32,000 nt of DNA from Halorhodospira halophila SL1. Its GTDB lineage: Bacteria; Pseudomonadota; Gammaproteobacteria; Nitrococcales; Halorhodospiraceae. Positions 1 through 8,069 of the stretch are shown piece after piece. The translations under genes were made by a program, and so were the position numbers. The first letter of the stretch is position 1. Each line of letters begins with the position of its first letter. A model generated the notes under the pieces. The model did not search any database. It had not been told where the DNA came from and saw nothing but the letters and a program-made list of their open reading frames with translations. The stretch covers positions 1,530,001 to 1,562,000 of the forward strand of contig NC_008789.1 in the NCBI RefSeq assembly GCF_000015585.1. The letters run 5' to 3'.

Positions 1-895
1 AGCGGAACACCTGCCCGCGCCCCACCCCGAGAGCCCGCAAGCGACCGATCAGTGCCCGCCGCTGGACCACCGAGAAGGAGATGGCGTTGTAGATGAGCAG
101 TGCCCCGACGAGCAGGGCCAGCAGGCTGAAGGCGGTCAGATTGAGACGGAACGCCGCGGTCATCTCGTCGAGGGCGGCAGCCCCCTCCTGCGCCTCGCTG
201 ATCACCGCGGCATTGGGCAGAAGCTCCTGGATGCGGGCGAGCCGGGCCTCACCGGCCACCCCACCGGGGATCACCAGGTCGATGCGATCGAGGCGTCCGA
301 CCCGGCCGAGGAGCTCCTGGGCGGTGGCCACATCCACCACGACGGTATCCCGAAGCCCCTCGGCAGTGAGTCGGTCCGGGGCCTCGGCGACGGCGGCCAC
401 CTCCAGCCGGTGGCTGCGCCCGCCGATCTCCACCGCCACAGTGTCGCCGTCGGTCACCCCTAACCGCGCGGCATCCTCGCGAAAGAGCACCACCAGATCG
501 TCCCGCTCGAGCCACGCACCGGCATCAACGGCGCGCGCAGCGCCGGCCACCGCGTCCCGCACCCCGGCTTCGGCCCAGGGATCGATGCCAAGCACGCGCA
601 GCGGCCCGTCCGGGCCGGAGACGTGCCCCTCCACCACCGGGGTAGCGGGACGAATACCGGAGCGCCGGAGTTCGGTATAAAGCGCCTCATCGAGGCCGGC
701 GGTCCCAGCGGTGATCCGGTGGGTGGCCTCTCCGGCCAGGGCCTCGGCGGACCGTGTAAAAGCCCGCTCCGAGGAGGCGTTGGCCAGCTCGACGGCCACC
801 ACGACCGCCACCCCGAGCGCCACCCCGAGGATCGCCAGCGCCCCCTGCCACGGGTGGCGCAGGTGGTGACGCCATCCGGCCCGGGCGAGGATCAC
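1..895 (-). CDS. FtsX-family ABC transporter permease (YbbP/MacB-like), N-terminal part; the gene runs off the left edge
   Basis: My own minus-strand translation starts at GTG (895-893): [40 protein letters not shown] (TM1). A soluble periplasmic-type domain follows, then [40 protein letters not shown], which is FtsX-like. The start makes a GTGA overlap with the stop of the upstream ATPase. The ORF is absent from the track only because it is open at the window edge. Confidence 0.8.
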   Translation of the reverse strand, partial: MILARAGWRHHLRHPWQGALAILGVALGVAVVVAVELANASSERAFTRSAEALAGEATHRITAGTAGLDEALYTELRRSGIRPATPVVEGHVSGPDGPLRVLGIDPWAEAGVRDAVAGAARAVDAGAWLERDDLVVLFREDAARLGVTDGDTVAVEIGGRSHRLEVAAVAEAPDRLTAEGLRDTVVVDVATAQELLGRVGRLDRIDLVIPGGVAGEARLARIQELLPNAAVISEAQEGAAALDEMTAAFRLNLTAFSLLALLVGALLIYNAISFSVVQRRALIGRLRALGVGRGQVFR

Positions 896-1680
896 GCCGC
901 AGCCACCTCCTGGAGCCGACCACCCTGCAGCGCCACCACGCGATCCGCCGCCGCGGCGACATCGGTGGAGTGGGTGGCGATCAGTGCGGTCATGCCGCGC
1001 TCACGACGAAGCTCGTTGAAGAGTCCGAGCACCGTTTGCGCCGTGGCCCCGTCGAGACTACCGGTCGGTTCGTCGGCGAGCAGCAGATCAGGGCCGTGCA
1101 CCAGGGCGCGGGCGACCGCCACGCGCTGTCGCTCGCCGCCAGAGAGGAGCTCCGGGAATGTATCTTCTCGGCCCTGCAGGCCGACCCGTTCGAGCAACTC
1201 CCGTGCGTAGCGCCGCCCTTCGCGGTTCAGGACGCCGTTGAGTTCCAGTGGCAGGAGGAGATTCTCCAGGACCGTAAGGGTGGGGACGAGATTGAGCTGC
1301 TGGAAAATGAACCCGAGATGGCGGCGCCGGAAGAGCGTCCGGGCCGTCTCGTCGAGCGTCGTCAGATCCTCGCCGCCGAAACCGATCGTGCCAGCATCCG
1401 GCCCTTCCATCGCGCCGATCAGGTTGAGCAGGGTGGATTTGCCCGAGCCACTTGGTCCGACCACGGCCAGGGATTCGCCACGCCGGATGACGAGGTCGAG
1501 CCCATCGAGGACCACACGCACCCCCCCGCCCTCCGGGTAGCCCTTGCGCACCCCCAGCAAACGGATCAGCGGGCTATCCTCAGCCTCGCCCCCGTCACGA
1601 CCCGTCCGGGAGCGCAGAGGCTGCCGATCGGCGCTGTGCCGCCCGGCAGCCGTTCCGTCAGTTGGAGAAGTAGCGGACAC
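892..1680 (-). CDS. ABC transporter ATP-binding protein (YbbA/LolD/MacB-type)
   Basis: It lies in the track ORF 892..1725. It has Walker [10 protein letters not shown], the signature [15 protein letters not shown] and Walker [13 protein letters not shown]. The start is uncertain: in-frame GTG codons at 1680 and 1725 both overlap the upstream gene, and the conserved core begins near [12 protein letters not shown] (about nt 1590). Confidence 0.9.
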   Translation of the reverse strand: MSATSPTDGTAAGRHSADRQPLRSRTGRDGGEAEDSPLIRLLGVRKGYPEGGGVRVVLDGLDLVIRRGESLAVVGPSGSGKSTLLNLIGAMEGPDAGTIGFGGEDLTTLDETARTLFRRRHLGFIFQQLNLVPTLTVLENLLLPLELNGVLNREGRRYARELLERVGLQGREDTFPELLSGGERQRVAVARALVHGPDLLLADEPTGSLDGATAQTVLGLFNELRRERGMTALIATHSTDVAAAADRVVALQGGRLQEVAAA

Positions 1681-2095
1681 TCGGATCAGCCATGTACTCG
1701 GCCACCTCCGGCGCCTCCGCCACACCCACGCCCTCGATCAGGTCGTCCTCGGTGTAGTCGGTGTTCGGCAGGAAGATGGCACAGACATCCACCTGAACGC
1801 CCTCGCCGATCAGGCTGCGCATCATCTGCTGCGGATTGGCGCCCGCCGGGTCCAGGGCGTCGGCCTCGTAGTCTTCCGTGGCCATCTCGGCGCCGGGGCC
1901 ACAGAGCAGGACACGCGGCTCCTGACCCTGCTGCATGCCCTGAGTCGCCAGGATCATGGCAAACCCCTGGGTCTGCACATCCTCGGAGGTCACGCTGACG
2001 AACAGTTTATCCGGACCGTGACTATCGGCCTGGACCAGGCCCACGCCGGCGACACTCAGTGCAGCCGCCGCCACTACCTTATTGAAAGCTCGCAT
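1658..2095 (-). CDS. Secreted DsrE/DsrF-like family protein (hypothetical)
   Basis: It lies in the track ORF 1658..2119. I prefer the ATG at 2095 because AAGGAG (2105-2110, minus sense) sits 5 nt upstream. There is a signal peptide, MRAFNKVVAAAALSVAGVGLVQA. The mature part shows a DsrE-like beta-alpha pattern (KLFVSVTS, GFAMILATQ, RVLLCGPG, VDVCAIFL). The family call is from memory of the fold pattern and was not searched. Confidence 0.6.
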   Translation of the reverse strand: MRAFNKVVAAAALSVAGVGLVQADSHGPDKLFVSVTSEDVQTQGFAMILATQGMQQGQEPRVLLCGPGAEMATEDYEADALDPAGANPQQMMRSLIGEGVQVDVCAIFLPNTDYTEDDLIEGVGVAEAPEVAEYMADPSVRYFSN

Positions 2096-2189
2096 CTTGG
2101 CTTGGCTCCTTGCGTGCATGGACGAGGCCGGTGATCGACCTCAGCTGGCAACATAGCGAAGCATTCATACCCATGCAAATCGCAGGCGG

Positions 2190-2726
2190 CTACTGCTTGA
2201 CCGGCCGTTTGCTCAGTTTGCGCTGCAGGGTGCGACGATGGATCCCCAGCGCCCGGGCCGCCGCCGAGATGTTGCCGTCGTGCTCATTGAGCACCCGCTG
2301 GATCTGCTCCCACTCGAGGCGGCGCAGCGACATCGGCTTCTGCGGCGGCTTTTCCGGCTCAGCGGCAGGCTTGCCTTCCAGGGTCGCGAGCACGGTGTCG
2401 GCATCCGTGGGCTTGGGCAAGTAGTTGTAAGCCCCACGCTTAATCGCCTCCACGGCGGTGGGGATGCTCGCGTATCCGGTCAGCACCAGGATGCGGGCCT
2501 GCGGGAGTGCATCCTTGAGGGGCTCGACCAGATTGAGCCCCGAGTGCTCACCGAGCTTGAGATCCAGCACCACGTACTGCGGCTGCTGACTGCGCGCTTT
2601 CTGCAAGGCGGTCTCGGGCTCCTCGGCCGAGTCCACGTGGCAGCCCCGGCGCGAGAGCGAGCGCCCCAGCACCTGGGAGAAGGTCGTATCGTCATCGATG
2701 ATCAGGATCGATGGCCCGTTCAACAT
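2190..2726 (-). CDS. regA: Redox response regulator RegA/PrrA/ActR (receiver plus Fis-type HTH)
   Basis: The receiver shows ILIIDDD, VVLDLKLG and KP. The C-terminal HTH NISAAARALGIHRRTLQRKLSKR closely matches the invariant RegA HTH. GGAGG lies upstream of the ATG at 2726. Confidence 0.9.
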   Translation of the reverse strand: MLNGPSILIIDDDTTFSQVLGRSLSRRGCHVDSAEEPETALQKARSQQPQYVVLDLKLGEHSGLNLVEPLKDALPQARILVLTGYASIPTAVEAIKRGAYNYLPKPTDADTVLATLEGKPAAEPEKPPQKPMSLRRLEWEQIQRVLNEHDGNISAAARALGIHRRTLQRKLSKRPVKQ

Positions 2727-2768
2727 GGTTCACCTCCTCTCCTCCTCAAGCCTCACCGGCTCTCTCCC

Positions 2769-4079
2769 TCAGTCGCTGCCGCGGTTGTGGTCCGCGCGCA
2801 GCCGTTCGAGGGAGACCTCGATCTTCGTTCGTGCCCCCCGGCCCTTCGGTGAATCCATCAGGGTGACACTGCCGCCGAAACGGTCCACGGTCGCATTGGC
2901 AAGCACCAGCCCGATCCCCATGCCCGATGGCTTGGTGGTCTGCACCACCCGACCTGCGGTACGCACGCGCTCGGAGTCGAGCCCCGTGCCCTCGTCATCG
3001 ATCACCAGGGTCAATTTGCCACCGTCGCTGCTGATCGAGACCTCGACCCCACTGCAGCCATTCTCCAGCGACGCCTCGGCGGCGTTGTTCAGGAGATTGA
3101 GCAGGGCGTGCATGAGCGTCGGATCCTGGCTGATCTCGACATCCACGAACGGCTGCTGATACTCCACGCTGGGCTCGATCTTCGGGTGCATCAGCCGCCA
3201 GGTATCCACGATACGCGCCACGTGCTTCTGCAGTGAGACCGTGCGTCCCCCCTGATCACTGCCAGCTGCCCCGGCGTCCTTGAGATCTTCCAGGGTTTCC
3301 TTGCACACCGCAAGCTGCGAGCGCAACAGGTCAAGATCCTGCTGAAGCTCGGTGTCATCGCGACGTTCCTGGCGCAGCTCGTCGACGACCATGGACATGG
3401 TCGAAAGCGGCGTCCCGAGTTGATGGGCCGCGCCCGCAGCCACGGTACCGAGGGCCACGATCTGCTCGTTGCGCAGGGTATGCTCCCGGGCCCTCGACAG
3501 GCGCCAGTCCTGCCGGCGCAGGACCGAGGACATGAAACGGACGAACACGGTGATCATCCAGGCGGAGATCACGAAGTTCACCCACATGCCGATCATGTGC
3601 AGGTTGAAATCGCCCCCGATGATCGGGTGCGGGCCCTCCATCGGCAGATAGACCGCCAGCAGAAGCCCGTAGAGGACAAGGCAGAGGATTGCTACGACCA
3701 GGGCCAGGTTGGCCGGCATGGCCACGGCGGACAGCGCCACCGGCACCAGGTAGAGCGAGACGAAGGGGTTAGAGGGACCGCCGGTCAGCCCGAGGAGCAC
3801 GGTGAGCGCTACGACATCGATGAGGACGTTGAACACGACCTCGGGCTGGGAGATCTGTTCGGGGGTGTTGCGCAGGCGCCAGAAGGCGAAGACGTTCCAT
3901 GCAGCCAGCGCGGTGATCGTCAGCAGCAGCGGCACCAGCGGCAGGGTCAGGCCCAGTCCGAAATGGACGAAGAGGACAGTGATCATCTGCCCCGTGGTGG
4001 CGGTGATGCGCATCCAGGCGAGGATGCGCACCGCCTGGGCGGGCTCGAAACGCGGCACGCCCTCTGTTCCTGCGGCCAT
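2769..4079 (-). CDS. regB: Redox sensor histidine kinase RegB/PrrB/ActS
   Basis: The protein is 436 aa with about 6 N-terminal TM helices and the RegB quinone-site heptapeptide GGPSNPF. The H-box is AAHQLGTPLST. A conserved-position Cys lies in LRSQLAVCKETLEDL, and an ATPase domain follows (LLNNAAEAS, DDEGTG, GMGIGL). It sits directly upstream of regA. Confidence 0.9.
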   Translation of the reverse strand: MAAGTEGVPRFEPAQAVRILAWMRITATTGQMITVLFVHFGLGLTLPLVPLLLTITALAAWNVFAFWRLRNTPEQISQPEVVFNVLIDVVALTVLLGLTGGPSNPFVSLYLVPVALSAVAMPANLALVVAILCLVLYGLLLAVYLPMEGPHPIIGGDFNLHMIGMWVNFVISAWMITVFVRFMSSVLRRQDWRLSRAREHTLRNEQIVALGTVAAGAAHQLGTPLSTMSMVVDELRQERRDDTELQQDLDLLRSQLAVCKETLEDLKDAGAAGSDQGGRTVSLQKHVARIVDTWRLMHPKIEPSVEYQQPFVDVEISQDPTLMHALLNLLNNAAEASLENGCSGVEVSISSDGGKLTLVIDDEGTGLDSERVRTAGRVVQTTKPSGMGIGLVLANATVDRFGGSVTLMDSPKGRGARTKIEVSLERLRADHNRGSD

Positions 4080-4158
4080 GTTGTTCGCCTTCTGTGGACC
4101 CGTCGATGGCGGCTCAGTCTAACAGCTAACCGCCCCCCGCCGGACAGGCCCGCAAGGA

Positions 4159-4500
4159 TTACGGCACGTCGGGCTGACGCGGCGCGGACGCCGGCTGCCC
4201 GCCCCCCTGGACGCCGCACACCGCATCACACAGATCGAAGACGTGGGGGGCCGCGATGGCGAAGTAGGCCAGTGTTCCGCAACTGCGCCGCCGCACCAGG
4301 CCGTGCTGGCGCAGCACGCTCAGGTGCCGCGAGATGTTCGGTTGCGAAGAGCCGGTGAGCTCCACCAGCTCCCCAACACTCTTCTCACCATCCCGCAGGG
4401 CGTGGAGCAGCTGAAGGCGCAGCGGCTCACCCAGCGCCCGGAACTGCGCGGCGATGAACGCCAATGTCTCTGCATCCGGTTGGGATTCTCCCATGCCCAT
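4159..4500 (-). CDS. ArsR/SmtB-family transcriptional repressor with a C-terminal Cys triad
   Basis: The winged HTH reads LRLQLLHALRDGEKSVGELVELTGSSQPNISRHLSVLRQHGLV. Cysteines fall at about residues 74, 91 and 95 (SCGT, DLCDAVCG), and there is none in helix alpha-2. It is divergent from the RND operon. Confidence 0.85.
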   Translation of the reverse strand: MGMGESQPDAETLAFIAAQFRALGEPLRLQLLHALRDGEKSVGELVELTGSSQPNISRHLSVLRQHGLVRRRSCGTLAYFAIAAPHVFDLCDAVCGVQGGGQPASAPRQPDVP

Positions 4501-4542
4501 AACCTCACCCCCTCCGCCGCGCCGGGCAGGCCCCGGCGACTA

Positions 4543-4572
4543 TTGATGCGTGTAGCAGTATATGCATATACT
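4543..4572 (+). promoter_or_regulatory. Putative sigma70 promoter of the RND operon (TTGATG-N18-TATACT)
   Basis: TTGATG lies at 4543-4548 and TATACT at 4567-4572, inside a local AT-rich patch 45 nt upstream of the ATG at 4617. SD AAGGGAG lies at 4604-4610. Confidence 0.45.
4557..4572. promoter_or_regulatory. Perfect 16-bp palindrome AGTATATGCATATACT, a likely ArsR operator
   Basis: The sequence reads as its own reverse complement, and the half-site CATATAC recurs at 4575-4581. It overlaps the predicted -10 element in the divergent ArsR/RND intergenic region. Confidence 0.6.
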
Positions 4573-4616
4573 CTCATATACAAGTGAGCGAATCCATTAT
4601 AAAAAGGGAGTTCCCG

Positions 4617-7214
4617 ATGGGCGAGAGGCTGGCGAGCTGGTGCATCGACCACCGGCGATGGATCTTCGCAGCGATGGCCCTGCTGGCCATCACCCTGGGG
4701 GTGCTCATCCCCCGTATCCAGATCGACACCGACCCGGAGAACATGCTCCCGGCCAACCAGGCCGACCGGATCCTCCACGACCAGGTCCAGGAGCAGTTCA
4801 ACCTGCACGATATGATCGTCGTCGGCCAGGTCAACGACGACCATCCAGAGGGGGTCTTTAACCCGGACTCCCTCGCCGCGCACTACCAGCTGACCCGGGC
4901 CATCGAGCAGATCGACGGCGTGGTCCGACGCGACCTGCTCTCCATGGCCGCCGTGGACAACGTCGAGCAGGCGGCGCCGGGGACCATCGACTACGACTGG
5001 CTGATTCCCACGCCACCGGAGACCCAAGAGGAGGCCGACCGGATCCGCGCTGCCGTCGAGCGGCTGCCCATGTACCAGGGGACCCTGGCCTCCGAGGACG
5101 GCACCGCCGCCGGCATCTTCGTACCCATCGAGAGCAAGGACCACAGCCACCGCATCGCCGGTGAGATCCGCGCCGCCGCCGAGGCGCTCGGCATCGAGGA
5201 CGAACTCCATATCACCGGTCAGCCGGTGGCCCAGGACACCTTCGGCGTGGAGATGTTCCAACAGATGGCGATCTCGGCACCGCTGGCCGGGCTGATCATC
5301 TTCCTGGTGATGCTCTTCTTCTTCCGCAACATCCCCCTGGTCATCGCCCCCATGCTGCTGGCCATGACCACGGTGATCGCCACCATGGGGTTGCTCATCG
5401 GCACTGGCTTCACGGTGCACATCATGAGCTCGATGATCCCCATCTTCCTGATGCCCATCGCCGTGGTGGCCTCCATCCACGTCCTGTCGAACTTCGCCGA
5501 CCGCTACCGACCCGGCGATGACCCGCGGCGCGTGATGGCCGGGGTCATGGAGCGGCTCTACAAGCCGGTGCTGTTCACCGCGCTGACCACCGGGGTCGGG
5601 TTCGCCTCACTGATGTTCACGCCGATCCCGCCGGTGCAGGTGTTCGGCGGCTTTATCAGCTTTGGGGTGCTCCTCGCCCTGGTACTGACCCTGACCTTCA
5701 TCCCGGCCTACGTCGGCAGCCTGTCCCGCAAGAACCTCGACCGCATGGCCGAGCGGGTCCGGCGCCAGCAGAACGACACCGAGGGGTCACGGATGTGCGC
5801 CGTGCTCGATACCACCGGCCGCCTGGCCGTGCGTGGCCGCGCCTGGATCGTCGGCGGACTGGTGGTCCTGGTAGCTGTCGCGGTTTTCGGGATCACGCAG
5901 ATCCAGATCAACGACAACCCGACCCGCTGGTTCAAGGCGAACCACGATATCCGCGTCGCCGACGAGGTCCTCAACGACCGCTTCGCCGGGACCTACGAGG
6001 CGTATATCCGACTGCGCCAGACCGGCCTGGAGGAGGTCGCCGAACGCCTCGATGCCGAGGCGCAGGAGATCCTGGAGGCTGCGGAAGACGACGGTTTCGA
6101 GCTGCAAGAGCGCTGGGAGCGGCTCAACGCCGAAGCCGCCGACGAGGGACCGATCGGCGATCGAATGGAGGCACTGGCCACCGAGATCGACGACCTGCTC
6201 TTCGAGGTCGATCTGGACGAGGCCGAGCACTGGGAGGCCCTGCTCGATGCCGTGGAAGCGGCACGCACCGAGACCCGCGCCTTCCAGAGTCCGGAGCATC
6301 TGGGCTGGATGGCCGAACTCCAGGAGCACCTGGTCGAGGCCGGTGTGGTCGGCAAGGCCAACTCCCTGGCCGACCTAGTGCGGACCGTCAACCGCGAGCT
6401 GATCAGCGGCGAGCCGGAGGACTACCGGTTGCCGGGGACCTCCGGCGGCGTCTCCCAGGCGATCCTCAGCTTCCAGGGCTCCCACCGCCCCCACGATCTG
6501 TGGCGCTTCGTGACCCCGGACTACACCGAGGCCAACGTCTGGCTGCAGCTGCCCAGCGGCGATAACCAGGATATGGCCCGGGTCCTCGACGCCGTGGATG
6601 CGTTCGTGGCCGAGCACCCCCCGCCGGAGGGCGTGGAACTCGACTGGGCTGGCGCCACCTACATCAACCTGGTCTGGCAGGGGGAGATGGTCGAAGGGAT
6701 GCTCTTTGCCCTGCTCTCCGCCTTCGCCGTGGTGCTGGTGATGATGATCGCCCTGTTCCGCTCCCTGACGCTGGGTGTACTGGCGATGCTGCCGCTGACG
6801 GTCACCATCGCCTTCATCTACGGCGTCATGGGGCTGGTGGGCAAGGATTACGATATGCCGGTGGCGGTGCTCTCGTCGTTGTCGATCGGCCTGTCGGTCG
6901 ACTTCGCCATCCACTTCATCCAGCGCCTGCGCATGGCCCTCGCCGAGACCCGAGAATGGCGCAGCGCCCTGACCCAGGTCTTCCGCGAGCCGGCGTGCGC
7001 CATCACGCGCAACGCCATCGTCATCGCGGTGGGCTTCCTGCCGCTACTCGCCGCCCCCCTGGTGCCGTACATCACCGTGGGCACCTTCCTGGCCAGCATC
7101 ATGGCGGCCTCGGCGCTGGTGACCCTGCTGGCCCTGCCGGCGATCGTCGCCTTCGCCCCCCGGCTTTTCTTCCCCCGCGCCCAGCAAACGGCGCAACCGC
7201 AACAGGAGGTATAA
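4617..7214 (+). CDS. RND-superfamily exporter, MMPL/HpnN-like (12 TM, two large periplasmic loops)
   Basis: It lies in the track ORF 4584..7214 (GTG). I prefer the ATG at 4617 because of the AAGGGAG SD. Topology is TM1, a loop of about 190 aa, TM2-6, TM7, a loop of about 240 aa, then TM8-12. The repeated halves are typical of RND/MMPL 'predicted exporter' proteins. Confidence 0.88.
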   Translation: MGERLASWCIDHRRWIFAAMALLAITLGVLIPRIQIDTDPENMLPANQADRILHDQVQEQFNLHDMIVVGQVNDDHPEGVFNPDSLAAHYQLTRAIEQIDGVVRRDLLSMAAVDNVEQAAPGTIDYDWLIPTPPETQEEADRIRAAVERLPMYQGTLASEDGTAAGIFVPIESKDHSHRIAGEIRAAAEALGIEDELHITGQPVAQDTFGVEMFQQMAISAPLAGLIIFLVMLFFFRNIPLVIAPMLLAMTTVIATMGLLIGTGFTVHIMSSMIPIFLMPIAVVASIHVLSNFADRYRPGDDPRRVMAGVMERLYKPVLFTALTTGVGFASLMFTPIPPVQVFGGFISFGVLLALVLTLTFIPAYVGSLSRKNLDRMAERVRRQQNDTEGSRMCAVLDTTGRLAVRGRAWIVGGLVVLVAVAVFGITQIQINDNPTRWFKANHDIRVADEVLNDRFAGTYEAYIRLRQTGLEEVAERLDAEAQEILEAAEDDGFELQERWERLNAEAADEGPIGDRMEALATEIDDLLFEVDLDEAEHWEALLDAVEAARTETRAFQSPEHLGWMAELQEHLVEAGVVGKANSLADLVRTVNRELISGEPEDYRLPGTSGGVSQAILSFQGSHRPHDLWRFVTPDYTEANVWLQLPSGDNQDMARVLDAVDAFVAEHPPPEGVELDWAGATYINLVWQGEMVEGMLFALLSAFAVVLVMMIALFRSLTLGVLAMLPLTVTIAFIYGVMGLVGKDYDMPVAVLSSLSIGLSVDFAIHFIQRLRMALAETREWRSALTQVFREPACAITRNAIVIAVGFLPLLAAPLVPYITVGTFLASIMAASALVTLLALPAIVAFAPRLFFPRAQQTAQPQQEV

Positions 7215-7217
7215 CCC

Positions 7218-8063
7218 ATGGACCGAGACCTCAACCGCTGCAAGGAAACTCCAGGCCGCCCGCGCTGGCGCGGCATGACCACACTGCTCCCGGCGCTCCT
7301 GCTCGCCGCCCCGTGGGCGGGGGCCGACGAGGGGCACGATACCGATGTCGCCGAGATCGTCGAACGAGCCAACCTGGCCGCCTACTACGCCGGGGAGGAT
7401 GGCCGCTCCGAGGCGCGCATGCGGATCGTGGATGACCGCGACCGGACCCAGACCCGGCAATTCACCATCCTTCGCCGGGATGTCGAGGACGGCGGCGATC
7501 AGCAATACCTGGTCGCCTTCAGCCGCCCCTCCGAGTTCCGCGGGGTCGTCTTCTTGGTCGAGAAACACCCCGGCGGCGATGATGACCGCTGGCTCTACCT
7601 GCCGGACCAGGATCTGGAACGCCGCATCGCTCCGGGCGACAAGCGGACCAGCTTCGTCGGGTCTCACGTCTTCTATGAGGACGTCTCCGGCCGCCACCTG
7701 GAGGACGACGACCACGAGCTGATCGAGGTCACCGACGAGCACTACCAGGTGCGCTCGACCCCGCGGGACGATAGCAACGTGGAGTTCGCGGCCTACACGA
7801 CATGGATCGACCGCGATACCTACCTGCCCCTGATCACCGAGTACGAGGACAGCGACGGCAGCGTCTACCGCCGTATCGAGAGTTCCGACGTCGAGGAGAT
7901 CGACGGCTACCCCACCGCGATGCGCATGCGTGTCGAAGACGAACGCATGGGCGGCCATACGGAGGTCCAGTTCCGCGGTCAGGAGTACGACCTGGGGCTC
8001 CCTGAGAGCGTCTTCACCCAGCGCAGCCTGCGTAACCCGCCCCGCGACTGGTTAGGGAGGTAG
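7218..8063 (+). CDS. LolA-like 'outer membrane lipoprotein-sorting' family periplasmic protein
   Basis: It starts 3 nt after the RND stop, with GGAGG 8 nt upstream. The signal sequence is MTTLLPALLLAAPWAGA. The pattern AEIVERANLAAYYAGEDGRSEARMRIVD..FTILRRD..YLVAFSRPSEFRGVVFLV..DDDRWLYLPDQD..SFVGSHVFYEDV is typical of the LolA_like/DUF1329-type fold family. Confidence 0.8.
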   Translation: MDRDLNRCKETPGRPRWRGMTTLLPALLLAAPWAGADEGHDTDVAEIVERANLAAYYAGEDGRSEARMRIVDDRDRTQTRQFTILRRDVEDGGDQQYLVAFSRPSEFRGVVFLVEKHPGGDDDRWLYLPDQDLERRIAPGDKRTSFVGSHVFYEDVSGRHLEDDDHELIEVTDEHYQVRSTPRDDSNVEFAAYTTWIDRDTYLPLITEYEDSDGSVYRRIESSDVEEIDGYPTAMRMRVEDERMGGHTEVQFRGQEYDLGLPESVFTQRSLRNPPRDWLGR

Positions 8064-8069
8064 ATCACC

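Noticed and set aside
4320-5480. A 386-aa minus-strand ORF with a His/Asp/Gly/Glu-rich N-terminus that superficially looks like a metal-binding protein. The 7044-7958 and 8052-8888 minus-strand ORFs are similar cases.
   Set aside because: They are antisense to the TM-rich RND gene and to the LolA-like and barrel genes. The composition simply mirrors the hydrophobic codons of the sense strand, and the coding-strand genes have SDs and family motifs.
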